From positions 60,824,001-60,888,000 of the forward strand of contig NW_024704743.1 in the NCBI RefSeq assembly GCF_018977255.1: a stretch of DNA of 64,000 bases. The letters run 5' to 3'. This document shows positions 11,976 to 23,970 of the stretch, in pieces. How positions within the stretch are numbered: position 1 is the first letter of the stretch; each line of letters opens with the position of its first letter. This stretch comes from Callorhinchus milii (Eukaryota). The notes beneath the pieces were generated by a model. It saw only the letters and a program-made list of their open reading frames with translations, did not search any database and was not told the DNA's origin. The position numbers and the translations under genes are program-made.

Positions 11976-14523
11976 ATTCACTATGCAGTATAGTGATGTT
12001 CATGCTAGTTTCAGTGAAGAGTAATAATTATTGATGATGCTTGAATGAACTCTCTGGCACGTTGTCTCACAGCGATAATGAAAGAAGTGATCAAAAAAAA
12101 GTTTTGCTAGAATAACAAAGCTCCCGCAATTTTAACATAAGAAAGGAAAGGAGTATTGTACTCAGTTAATGTGTTCCTTCTACAAGTGCACAGAGCAATT
12201 TTCTTATTCAAAAATGATCAATCTAATGGAAATTAGGTTTGCTGTAATCTAGATTTTTTTTCATTCAAATAATTGCTTTTACCTTAAAAAAGGTAGGAAC
12301 CTATTCCTGTCTTGTAAGTTTCATAACTATTAATGTTTCCCTGTAGCAATGGAGAGTTATTAATTGGATTGTTCTTGTAGTTTGATCGCAAAGTTAACTG
12401 ACACTTGCTCATCTGCTGGAGCAGGGTTGATGGAGCATGCATTGGTCTGTGGGAATATATTTCTCTCTCCGTGTTGCCAGAAACCACACAGGCCTATAAT
12501 GTGAGTCATCAGTCCTTGTGGGATGCTTGGCACCTCAAACAACATGGAGAAACAAAATCAAATTGTGTCATGGTTGATCAGTGATATGGTCGAGTCTTTT
12601 TCACAGAGTAAAGATATTTATTAAACAACAACAAATTACATTTCTGTAGCTAAAACAACAAGCATGGAAGCACCTCCAGTAAGAATATCCATTCTCCTGC
12701 CTGCTCCTCTCCATTCTCAGCTTCCTGCTGGTGCTAAAATCTAGAACCACCCCCCCCACCTCTTCAACTCCACTGCTCTACTTCACTCCTTTAGATGAAA
12801 CCATCCCTAGACTAAACTAAACTGAGACCTCAGGTTAACTTTGATCCTTGCCTCTAGTGGGAGCTTCTTGGCTGCCACAGCCCCATGGTCTCTGATGTTA
12901 GCGGGAGGGATGGCATTGTTTTGCTGGTCAGGCTAGACTCTCCTCGGATAGCTCTCACATCTCCTAAGATCGTGTCGATCCCTTTCTATCATAGAGGCCC
13001 CCAGATATATTGCAGTATTATATACAATGGTTGTACATTCAGAATTCCTGTGAAGCTCCAATTATCATTCATTCCTTCAGATTGTTCACTGCGCAAATGT
13101 AACTTCAGGGTGGCTGTTTCAGACTCTCACTCTTTATTGCATTCTTCTTGGATGAGAAGACTCTTCACTCTGTATAATTGCATATGCTAAAACACGCAGG
13201 TAGATATCCACATTTGCTTTTTTATTCAGCGCTAACAATCCTTCCAGCGCCAGCAATTTCAACAAGTTGTAGGTTTCTCGAACTTTCAAGCTTTCATTTT
13301 CAATTGAATGTAAAGAGGTTTCTTTCAGTGTCTCCCAGGACTGAAAATACTTTTAGAAGTCTGTGCAAAATACAAACTGAAGAAACTGGTATCTGGAGGT
13401 AGCATCCCCAAAAGAATCCTCATCACAGAATCTGTAATATAAAGAAAGAAACACGATTTCAAATTTTAAGAAATGAATACATATCTCATCCAAGAAGAAT
13501 GCAATAAAGAGTGAGAGTCTGAAACAGCCACCCTGAAGCCAACAATTTCAGGGCAACTCATTTAGATGTCTTGAAGGTGACTTGACTGACAATGACCTAC
13601 AAGGACTGAATTTCCATGCAGCACTGAGTCAAGAATATCACAGACCATCCCATGAAATGCTCAGAACATTGAACCACCCCCGTCAGCCACAGTCTAAACC
13701 TAACCTTATCTCATGGAATTCAGCCCATCCACTCTGTTTCCTAAGGAAAATTGATCAACAGTCTCCCTGAACTGTGAATTCAATCAAACAAAGCCTCCTC
13801 AGTATTCATATTTTGTTACTTGGTCGATGTTTCTCCATGTTATTTGGTCCTTCACTTCATGCCTGTTGGTGGGACGTTGCCATGCACAAAGACCTGTCAC
13901 ATTTGCTGATAAAATACGGTCACTTTACTTAATAATAATTAATTATGAAGTGCTTTGAGACATTTTAACATGTTAAGATACTACAAAAATGTTAGGGTTT
14001 TCTTCTTTCTTACATCTCCACTATTCAAACCAGATCTCCTTCCATTCCCAGGCAAAATTCCCAATCCTCACCTTGCCTTCAGCTCGGTTCCATCCCCACC
14101 TTCTTTTCTTAATTTTTTTNACTGTTTGGTGTTTGAAATAGCATTCCAGGAACAAGCAACATTGCTCTGGTGTTGATTTTGATTGCTATATGGAACAGAT
14201 AGCAAGAGAATGCTTCAGAAAGAAACCTTGTTATTTCTTGCAGGTTGTTCTCATTTTGCATTAGTCCACTTTTAAATACAGATGAAGCCTGTTAAGTTGG
14301 ACATGTTGGAGACGTCTGTTTTGTCCATCTTAAGAGGTGTCTGAGGTTAGTTGAAATATCATTCCCACCCAGCAGAGGATCGCTACCAACACCGTATGAT
14401 TATATGCAATAATGTTGTTTCACTTGAGGCAATGCTAACTAACCAAACAGGGACATCAAATATTTTAACCTAGGAGTTAAAGTTAAAATACTCTCACAGA
14501 ATTCAGTAAAATATATTTACCTT

Positions 14524-14648
14524 TACATTGCGGAGGACAAGTTTGCAGGGCTACAGGGAGAGAGCGGGGGAGTGGGATTGATTTGGACAGCTCTTTGAAA
14601 AGAGCCGAATGGCCTCCTTCTGTGCTGTATACTTCTATGATTCTATGG
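14524..14648 (+). mobile_element. CR1 LINE 3' end
   Basis: ggacaagtttgcagggctacaggg...gaatggcctccttctgtgctgtat ending in a (TTCTATGA) tail; matches the 3' end of the CR1 at 42192-43146. Confidence 0.8.
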
Positions 14649-14654
14649 TTTGTT

Positions 14655-15171
14655 TGGCTGCAAAATACCCAGCGGAGGAGCAGCGGCACCGCCTCCATCT
14701 CATTATCATTTCCATTGGACGGGAAGGGGACCAATAAGCGATGGGGTTGAGGTGATTGACAGCTGCAGCAGCATGTGAATGTTCGGGCTCCAGCCATTCA
14801 AAAGTGGCTCAGCTGTCAATCAATCGCAATGTGACACCTCCCTTGTTCTTCCCTGTTCCTCCACCCCCCTCACTGATTGACAACCCGACTCCAGACGCTT
14901 GCGAATGGCTGGGATTCCCTGTCAATCAATCTTAGACTCCTCCTAACTCCATCCCAGACCGCATGGTGGTTGAATGGAGCCACTTGACGCACAGAAAGCT
15001 CCAGTGAGTACAGTCAGGGGTGACCAGTGCAGCATTTTGACCGGATTAACTGAAATTTGTCCAAATTAACCGTCATATTGAAAACAGGTAAGAGTATAAA
15101 TGAATTGGGGCCGGGCGTTTTGTTCGATTTACCCGGTTAACCTGCATCCAGCTAAAGCAGATTCCACTGTA
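14655..15171. mobile_element. Tc1/mariner (Tigger/pogo-like) MITE relic with internal palindromes
   Basis: Right end ...gcagattccactg|TA resembles a Tigger-type TIR plus TA target; subterminal ttaac repeats; internal inverted gattgacag/ctgtcaatc pairs. Left end not identified. Confidence 0.45.
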
Positions 15172-15199
15172 ATAACAATCAACATAGCGTAATAAGAAG

Positions 15200-15500
15200 A
15201 GCTCGCAGTCTAGGCTGACACTCCAACACCGTGCTGAGGGAGTGCTGCATTGTTAGAGGTGCTATCCTTCAGATAAGACATTAAACCAAGGCTTTATCTA
15301 GAGCATTTCTCAGAATGATGGTCAATAATTCCCCAAATAAAATAGATTATTCCCTTCATGACTGCTTGTGGGACATTACTGTGTGCAAATTGACTGCCAC
15401 GTTTGCCTACAAAATCCCAAATCACTATTCTTTACAATATATCCTGTGAAGCACTTTGAGACACCCTCTCTAAATGAAAGGTGCTATACCAAATATATTA
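15200..15500 (+). mobile_element. Old Deu-domain SINE, 5'-truncated
   Basis: ctaggctgacactcc...gagggagtgctgcattgttagaggtgc... through to the tail. Confidence 0.6.
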
Positions 15501-15845
15501 TTTTATATACATTTTGTGCATTTTGCATTTAAAAGTTTTTAATGCACTAATTGTATATTTAAATACTGATGTATTTAAACTTTTTTTTAAACACTGGGGC
15601 AACATCTATCTGATATTTTGGTGTAAGGTATGTTTTCAGGCTTAATCAATCAAAGAGGGGCAGTAACTGGTTCTCTCCCTGGCCCAGAAACAATTTTTAA
15701 GCAATACCAAAGCTTAGGCCCAGCTGAAGAAGAGTGCTCCACATGCTGGGAGTTACTGTCAATATTACCGCATCATTTCATCCGTTGAAATTGTTTTAAA
15801 ATACTATTCTAACTGGATCTACATTCACTCTATTAACATAGTATC

Positions 15846-16975
15846 GTAGGTAGGTTCGAGTCCTACCTCAGAAACCGCCAGCAGTACATCTGCACAAACG
15901 GCTTCTCCTCCCGCTCTCACCCGGTCACCTGTGGGGTACCCCAAGGATCCATCCTTGGCCCCTTATTCTTTCTGATCTACATGCTCCCTCTTGGGGATGT
16001 CATCCATAGACATGGGGTACATTCCCACATGTATGCAGATGACACCCAACTCTATTTTTCCACCTCTCTTTGCGACCCCCAGTCCCCTGATGTTCTGTCA
16101 GTCTGCCTGTCAGATCTCAGGGACTGGATGAGCGCAAAGTTCCTTCAGCTGAATGTTGACAAGACGGAAGCCATACTCTTTGGCTCTCGTCAACATCTAA
16201 AATCTCACGGTTCTCACCTCCTCCACCTACCCGACCTCCCCCTAAAACTCTCCGAACCCGTATGCAACCTAGGCGTCAGGTTCGACCCCCAATTATCCTT
16301 CCTCCCCCATATCCGGTCCCTCACCAGCACCACTTTCTTCCACCTCCGATGCATCGCCCGTCTTCGCCAATACCTCTCCCCAAAAGCCGCTGAAACCCTG
16401 GTCCATGCCTTTGTCACCTCTCGGCTGGACTACTCCAACATCATCCTCGCCGGTCTGCCACCCACTACCATCCATAAAATCCAAATCATTCAAAACTCTG
16501 CCACCTGCATTCTCACCCGCACAAAACTCCTCTCCCCGATCACCCCAGTCCTTGCCAGACTGCACTGGCTGCCTGTCCCAGAGAGGATCGATTTCAAGAT
16601 CCTCACCATTGTATTCAAATCCCTGCACTCCTCTGCACCCCCCTACCTCTCTGACCTCTCTCCTCAAAACAGTACCTGTTGCCTTCGTTCCTCTGGGTCC
16701 GGCCTCCTCCTCGGCCCCCGAGTCCTCCACTCCACCCTCGGCGGCCGTGCCTTCAGCCACTATGCCCCGAGGCTCTGGAACTCCCTTCCTCACTCCCTTC
16801 GTCTCGCTCCCTTCCTTCCCATTTTCAGGTCTCTGCTGAAGACCTTTCTTTTCGATCGCGCCTTTGGTCACCTTCCTCCCCCTCCCCCTGGCTTGGTCCC
16901 GGGATCTGTTAGTGTAAACCGTTCTGAGACGCCATCCGGCTTGAAGGGTGCTATATAAATCCAAGTTGTTGTTGT
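15846..16975 (+). mobile_element. Young 5'-truncated L2 LINE with an intact 325-aa RT C-terminal frame
   Basis: GVPQGSILGP..F.IY upstream of ORF 15981-16958, which has the [10 protein letters not shown] motif, LQLNVDKTE, FVTSRLDYSN and LHWLPV.ERIDFK. Ends gctatataaatccaag(ttg)n. Confidence 0.95.
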
Positions 16976-18039
16976 ATCTCAGAATTTATGAAATTTGAAT
17001 TTTAAATTTATCAAATTCTGAACTACAAAATTAAATTTTAAAGCCAGATTTCTATAAATTATTTTAAGAACTACAGAAAACAGACTTCTAAGTGAAAACT
17101 GAATTCAACCATTTGTCAAACTCTGCACGCTCTGCAATGCTACAATAAGCAGAGTAAATGTAGACCCAGGCGGAATATCTGACTATGAATCTGTTTTGAC
17201 TGTTGTGATATCAGACAAGTCAGAATTAAATACTGTTCAGTATTTTATTAGTGAACAAATCGCAAATACACTTGTAGCCCGTTCTACAACTACTCTACCC
17301 AACACAGTTTAGCCTATTAGTGTTTTTTTTTATTTGTTGTAGTCACGGTTTCCTTGAGAACAAATCATCATGATTTAACTGTTGTTAATGCCTGTGATTG
17401 TGGTGAGTGAAACAATTTCTAGCATTAGTAACTGGAGTGACATTAATCAAATTAAGTCATGTCACTCCAGTTACTAATGTTTTAATCTTAATGTCACTTC
17501 AGATGGAATGGCCCCAGAGTGCGAAAGTAGTGTATTTTAACAAGTGACAAATTACATTATTAATCCCATTAATAGCTATAAGTGAATGCAGTGGGAACCA
17601 TTTTCAGTTGGTCATTATCTGTCAGTAATGTTTGCCCTCTTGGCATCACAATAAATAGGATTGAACAATTGGTTGAAATAATAAGCAGCAGATCAATGTG
17701 AGTTTTTGAAGGTAAATGCAGGAAAATGTTACATTTTGGCAACCTTCCACAAGAAAACACTTTCTCATTTTACTCTTCAGTCAGATAAGATGCACTGTTC
17801 AATTGAGTTACTGATAAGGGTTATTAGAAACAGATGAGTTTGCAATGTGCTGATATCAACAAATGTAATTTGTTTGCTGTTGTTGGTATCAAAATAAAAT
17901 GGAACGGCTCTGAAAAATCCTACTTCTGAAGAGAAATTAACCATTGTCTAGAGTGACATGCAGCAGGTAAAACGGATACATTTCAAAGGTGCTATGAATA
18001 TCTTTACTCACTCTCTGTCTATTAGGAGACTTTTTTTTG

Positions 18040-18300
18040 GTCAGCTGAGTGTCTGACACATCTGGATACTTATCACCATACTTTAAGAGTATCCAAACTA
18101 AGCAGAATTCTATGCAACCCACCTACACATGGAAATCAGAGAGAGAGATTGTTGGAAAGGAATGCGTACTCTCTCCCATGAGGGACACATCCTTCTTACC
18201 CAATTTTGGAAAGTTTTAGGGGCAGTTGACAAGAGCCCCAGTGTGTGTGTTGGGGTATCACTGGAGTCTAACCAGCTAAAACCATATAGCTTGCCAAACT
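18040..18300 (-). repeat. Unclassified ancient interspersed repeat; second copy at about 50570-50850 in opposite orientation
   Basis: Reverse complement shares colinear blocks with 50570-50850 (caagctat, tttagctggttagactccag, accccaacacacac, tccatgtgtaggtggg, gaattct, atggtgat, tcagacac). Confidence 0.65.
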
Positions 18301-18439
18301 TAATGTGGGTATAATAATGGGGCAGCAAAGTTTTCTTTAGTCCTCACTAGCAAGTAGAATGTAATAAATTCTTATGTTTCTCGTGTGTGTGTGTGTGCGC
18401 GTGAACGCGCGGGGCTGGGGGGGAATATAAAATAATAAA

Positions 18440-18800
18440 AATTATCCATGTATTTCAAAAGCATCTATTGCATCAAAATATCTCAAAGTAATACCTGTTA
18501 ATTGTAGTATCTGATTTGTAGGTGAAACTCAGCAACCAATTTTCATATAAGTGTCCACGAATAGCCATGAGATAAATGGAAAATAAATCTGGAAGACTGT
18601 TAGCCAGGACAAACTCCCTTCTCTTCAAATGATGCCGTGGGTTCTTTAACATCCACCTGAACAAACAGGCAGTACCTTGTATTAATATCTCCTCTGAATA
18701 ACACACCCATCAATGCAGTGCTCCCCCAGTATAGTATAGGTTAGACCTTGAACCCACAATCTTCTGACTCAAAAACAAGAGTGCTACTGACTGAACCAGT
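18440..18800 (-). mobile_element. Old Deu-domain SINE
   Basis: Deu core (ctttaacatccacctgaac) and head (ttgaacccacaatcttctgactc) on the reverse strand. Confidence 0.6.
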
Positions 18801-19719
18801 TTGATATATATTGGCACTGCCTGTATATGCAGAAGCAATATAAGGTTGCACAAGAGTTTGGTAAATGATAATCAAAAAATGATTTTAAGGCATCTTCAAA
18901 ACATTTAGGTATGGCCAGGAATATTTAGGAGGTTATACAGTAAATAATTGGAAAGTGATAGAAATCCATGCAAGTTTCAATATTTTCCATTTCAATTTGT
19001 CTTGTTTATTGCTACAGTAATTTGCTGATACTTAAATAATTTGAATAAAATGCACATGAGCTGCAAAAGAGTTTATTCAGAGAATATTGCAAGTGAAGCA
19101 GTATTTGTCATGCATGTTTCTCAATTTATACTTTATAGCACAGAAAGATGGGAAATACAGAAAGACAATTTTCCTAATATTATGAAATAAGGATATGTAA
19201 ATACCGGTTCTTGCAAAGTTAACATAGGATACAAGGAGATTAGTAAGTCCAATTTTCCCCAACGTGACATTTTCCTTTGACATTTTTCATAAATGTTATG
19301 AAATCAAACATAAAAAAGGTTATGCTGAACATTGCAAACATTTACACAGCTGCATCATCTGAATTACTTTAGATGGTGACTCAATCTTGACTCAATTTCC
19401 TCCTGTTTAATGTTGTGTGTGTGTCTGAAATGTAGCTGATAACACAGCACATTAAAGTACAGTAAAGTACAGTTATGGAGTACAAGTGTATTTATTATGT
19501 AACTTACACTCCTGTTAAAATTAAAGTATGCCATAGATATCAAAATCAAAGTACTGATATTTAATTGTGCAGTTAATAATAAGCAATGAAATGCAAAAAA
19601 CTTTATATTTATATAAACAACAACATTACATTCTGGATAGTGTCTTTCACATTGTGGGTTCTGAGTCCCAACGTGAGGCTTGAATCCACAATTATGTGAT
19701 TAAAAACAAGTAATCTGCT

Positions 19720-20058
19720 AATATAATAATAATCCTTGCAGTAGATATGCCTTATCACATCTTCGAGACGTCTCAAAGCGCTTCATAGAATATTACTGTA
19801 AAGTGAGTTGACTGTATATTTTGTGGCCGAAATGTGGCAGCCAATTGCACACAGCAGTGTCCCACGAACAGTCGTGGATTGAGTGACCAAATTATTATTG
19901 TTTTTTTGAAGGATTATTATCCCCAGAAAAACAATCTGCCAATTGTCTGGCAACCGAATTCCTACATACCTCTAGGTAAACAGAAACTTACTCTGTTTAT
20001 CTAGTGTGTGGAGTAAGGAAACTTGCCCAACATTTTGCCCTGCTGGGATTTGAACCCA
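19720..20058 (-). mobile_element. tRNA-derived SINE, longer variant, 5' end lost
   Basis: Colinear with the copies at 25228 and 26939. Confidence 0.85.
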
Positions 20059-21859
20059 AAATTTTAAATTATAAATGTCCAAGACAGCGGCTTTTGAGAA
20101 AATGAAGAATAATTTAACGAAAGTGCTGGAGAGTTAAGAGGAGAATAGCTAACTCGAGTATCAGACTGGGTAGTGCCAGACTATTGAGCTGTTAACAAAT
20201 GTACTCCCGAGGCAGTCCTTACTTTGGTTTAACACTTTAGCAGTTGAAGATGAGCTCTTTCAGAATGGACACTGACACTAAAGGCCTAATGCATACTTTT
20301 GATGCTGTAAAATGACTATGACAGTAAAACATATTGCCTGCGCTCTTCCACGGTGCCTCTGGTTCTGTTGTTTTCACGGGAATGATCTATTTTCCTAGTG
20401 CATCCTCAGGTCTCGTGCTTTTTCTACATACATAAATTAATCGTAAGTAGAAAAAAAGCATAAAAATAGTTTTAAAATATTTTATTAATAAAACTGACAG
20501 GAAGGAGGAAGGTTTGTGTACCTGATATTGACCAAAGGCTTAATCAGATTGTGAAGATATCTCTGGGCAAACATTGTTGTTGCAGTGACTGAAATTTTAT
20601 CTGGAGGAAGATTCGAGAAGGCAACCATTAGAATAAAGAGGAACCTTAAGAGCGTTCAGCCTCCATTCCTTTTCCCAGTAGGCTGATGATAACCATTTGT
20701 TAAATCCATTATTATTTGCTTGTTAAATGAAAGTATTTCTAGGCCTTTATCTTTAATTAAGGCATACTCCTCAGGAGATTGAGCAAACATACATTTGTCA
20801 CCTCCCACCTCGATTTTTCCAATGTCTTTCTTGCCAGTCTCCCTAGCTCCACCGTTCATCAAATCCAATTAATTGAAATCTCTACTGCCAATATCCTCAT
20901 CCATGCTAAACTCCGCACCCTCATCACCCCAGACCATGCCGGGCTCCACTAGCTCACTATTGCAGAATGGATCGATTTAAAGAACCTCACACTCATGTAC
21001 AAATCACTTCATACCCTGACAACCTTGCTGATCTGCTTATAACCCATTCCTCTACCTGCCCCCTTTGCTCAGCTGGCTCTGACCTCCTGCACATCCCTTG
21101 TCCCCTCTGCTCCACTATCATTGGCGATGTTTTCAGCCACTATGCCACAAGACGACAGAACTCTGTGACTCAATTCCTCCGCCTGGTCCCCTTCTCGTGT
21201 AACTTCAGAATGTACCCATAGACCTTCCTCTTCATGTCTATGTTGTTGTACATTAGGTGGAGTTTATCATAGTTGAAATGGTCAATGAAAGGAATGTACT
21301 GGATGTGGCTAATAGAACTTCCTTATTCCACATTTTCTTACTTTAACTGTGTATTTTGGATCAGCTAGGTATCTGAAACTTGCAAAAATCCGTTGATGGG
21401 TTTCTGCATGTGGCAGACAACTGGCCAACCGAACATTGCCCTCACACTACTTGACAACTATAAAGGATATTTAGCTCCCATATAATATAATAATTCTTGC
21501 ATTTGATATAGCGCTTTTCACGTCTTCTAGACGTCTCAAAGAGCTTCACAGAATATACTGCAAAGTGAATTGACTGTATATTTGTGGGTGAAATAAAGCA
21601 GCCAATTGCGCACAGCAGTGTCCCATAAAAAGTCGTGCATTGAGTGACCAAATTATTATAATATTATAATGACCCATGTCATAGGGTCTCATTCTCAAAG
21701 CAAGAATATCATTCAATAGTGTTCGCTGTGTTGCAAATTAACACAACATCAATTGCTTTTCTTGATAACTTACAGTAAAGAAATATATAAATGCAGTACT
21801 CTGGTGGAAACAAAATCTTCTCTTATCCAACTTCAAGCTCTTAAAACGTTAAACATTTA

Positions 21860-22270
21860 ACAACAACAAATTATATTTGTATAGCACCTCTCATATTGGG
21901 AGGATGTCCCAAAGCGCTAGACAGTTAAGGATGTACACTCATGCTGGGGGTTGGGACCAGGGAGGGTGGAGGCCAGGGAGGGTGGAAGCAGCAGGTGACC
22001 GAAGGGGCGGTCGAAGAGAAGGTCTTAGGGCATTGAAGAAGGCAAGAGAGAGGGTGAGGCGAAGAGACTGTGGTATGGAGTACCTAAAGGTGGAAGCAGA
22101 AAGGCTGACTCTGACCGCTGATAGTTGGAGAGGCGAGGTGGAGGACAGGGTGCAGACCAGAGTCCGCCAAGCGAAGGGAGCAGTCATATCAGTATGGGGT
22201 TAGCAAGTCACAGGGTTAGGGAGGAGCAAGGCCGTGGAGGGCTTTGAAGGCAGTGAAGAGGATTTTGATC
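21860..22270 (-). mobile_element. L2 LINE 3' fragment
   Basis: (caa)n tail followed by the L2 3' end and RT C-terminal coding remnants. A + strand L2 3' piece lies at about 20880-21250 and a partial SINE at 21481-21670. Confidence 0.75.
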
Positions 22271-23520
22271 TCTATCCTCTGGTGGATTTTGTCTTCGGTT
22301 TACAATGTGATCATCTGCTCTTTAATGACATTAATAAACCCGGGGGTACACAAGATTTTGAGAGGCCATTTTAGTGGAATTCTTGAGCAGAGACTGAACA
22401 AGTTTATGTTGTCTGCGTTTCTACCACATCATGAATCACTTTCCTGGTGAAAGCACAAGCTGCAGATGTTTATTCTAGCCTTCTAAAAGCATGAAGTCCT
22501 TTGCAGCCGTGCACTCCCATTCATACTGCATTTCCAGCATTGATTCAATACCACTTTTCCATCAGATTGCCCTGAAATTACAGTACTTTTTGTAGTTTCA
22601 GTACTTTTTCCAGGGTCATTAAGTACAGTAATTTGTCAGATGTTTTTTGAAATATGTCAAAATAACTGAAGAATAAAACATTGTTCTGATCAATTTATAC
22701 CATCAGTTGTCAATAGATAAGATATCAGATATTTCACCCACAAAATACAGTCAATCCAGCTTACAGTACAATATTTCTTGTGAGCGCTTTAAGACGTCTT
22801 GACGACACAATAAGGTGCTATACTAAATGCAAAGAATTATTATTATTATCTTCATTTTTAAAACATCCACCAATAAGCCAGAATGATTGAAAATTATAGC
22901 TATTTAGTACTTTGCGTGCTGAAGCAATATAGGTAAGCCAGTTATCTGCATCATTCCAGAAATATGCGTTAAATTATTTTTTAAGAGTTGGCTTGTTTTG
23001 GGCCAGATCTCCATTTATAGAGACTGATTTGTGACATTTATTTCAACAACTCTTCTTGTTGAAATGACTCAGTACTAAACTGTCCCTGTCCATTTGCTGG
23101 AGTATCCCTGAGCTCATAATAATGTCAAATAACTTTCACATCAAGTAAAGAGCTGGCTTGAAAACGGACTTCATTGCAGCTATTAATAAATCAGAATCTC
23201 TGCTTAGCAAATTCCAATGTAAAAGAAATTTAGCTTTAAAATTTCAAAGGTAAATGATTTCTATTACATGCTAAGATGACAGTGATGGGTTTATCCCTGA
23301 GTACTGTCTGTATGTTTTCCTACATTTTCTCTTTATTCCTTAATGATTTTCCCACATACACAATGAGTGAGAACACATCTGAAAAAGAATTGGAATATTT
23401 TAATCTGAGGTTTCAGCATTAGGATCTCAATCCACTGGCAATGTGTAACTAGCATCTACCTGTTAAAATAAAAATAAAAAATAAAACTGAGACCAATTTC
23501 ACACAAGGTGTGTAACATAA

Positions 23521-23970
23521 AGAGTCCTGTAGTGTATTGGTTAGAGGACTCACCTCACAAGCGAAAGGACCTGGGTTCGATTCCTGGGCAGGGCAAAACC
23601 TTAGTCAAGTTTCATTACTCCACATGCATCTGTTTACCTAGCAGTAAGTAGGAACTCTGTTGTTAGTCAATTGGAAGATTACTTTCTGGGGGTAATAATC
23701 TCTCCAAAAAAATAAATAATTTGATTACTCAATCCACAACTGTTTGTGGTACACTGCTACCCCCCTGCTCGGGTCATGACCCAACTGTGCAGCGCCTTGG
23801 GACGTCCTCCTGACGTGAAAGGCGCTTTATAAATGGAATCTTGTTGTTGTTGTTGTTGTTGCTGTGCACAATTGGCTGTAGTGTTTCCCCACGAAATATA
23901 CAGTTTACAGTACATTCTGTGAAGCGCTTTGAGACATCTTGATGACCTGATAAGGCCCTATATCAAATAT
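23521..23970 (+). mobile_element. tRNA-derived SINE interrupted by a short L2 3' end (about 23759-23860)
   Basis: Head gagtcctgtagtgtattggttagag...gggttcgattcc. The body is broken at acactgct|...(ttg)n|gctgtgcaca by an L2 tail. Confidence 0.85.

Noticed and set aside
15981..16958. 325-aa ORF as a host gene or retron-type RT
   Set aside because: It is a typical 5'-truncated L2 ORF2 with an L2 tail. The overlapping ORFs (16214, 16293, 16405, 16679) are by-products.
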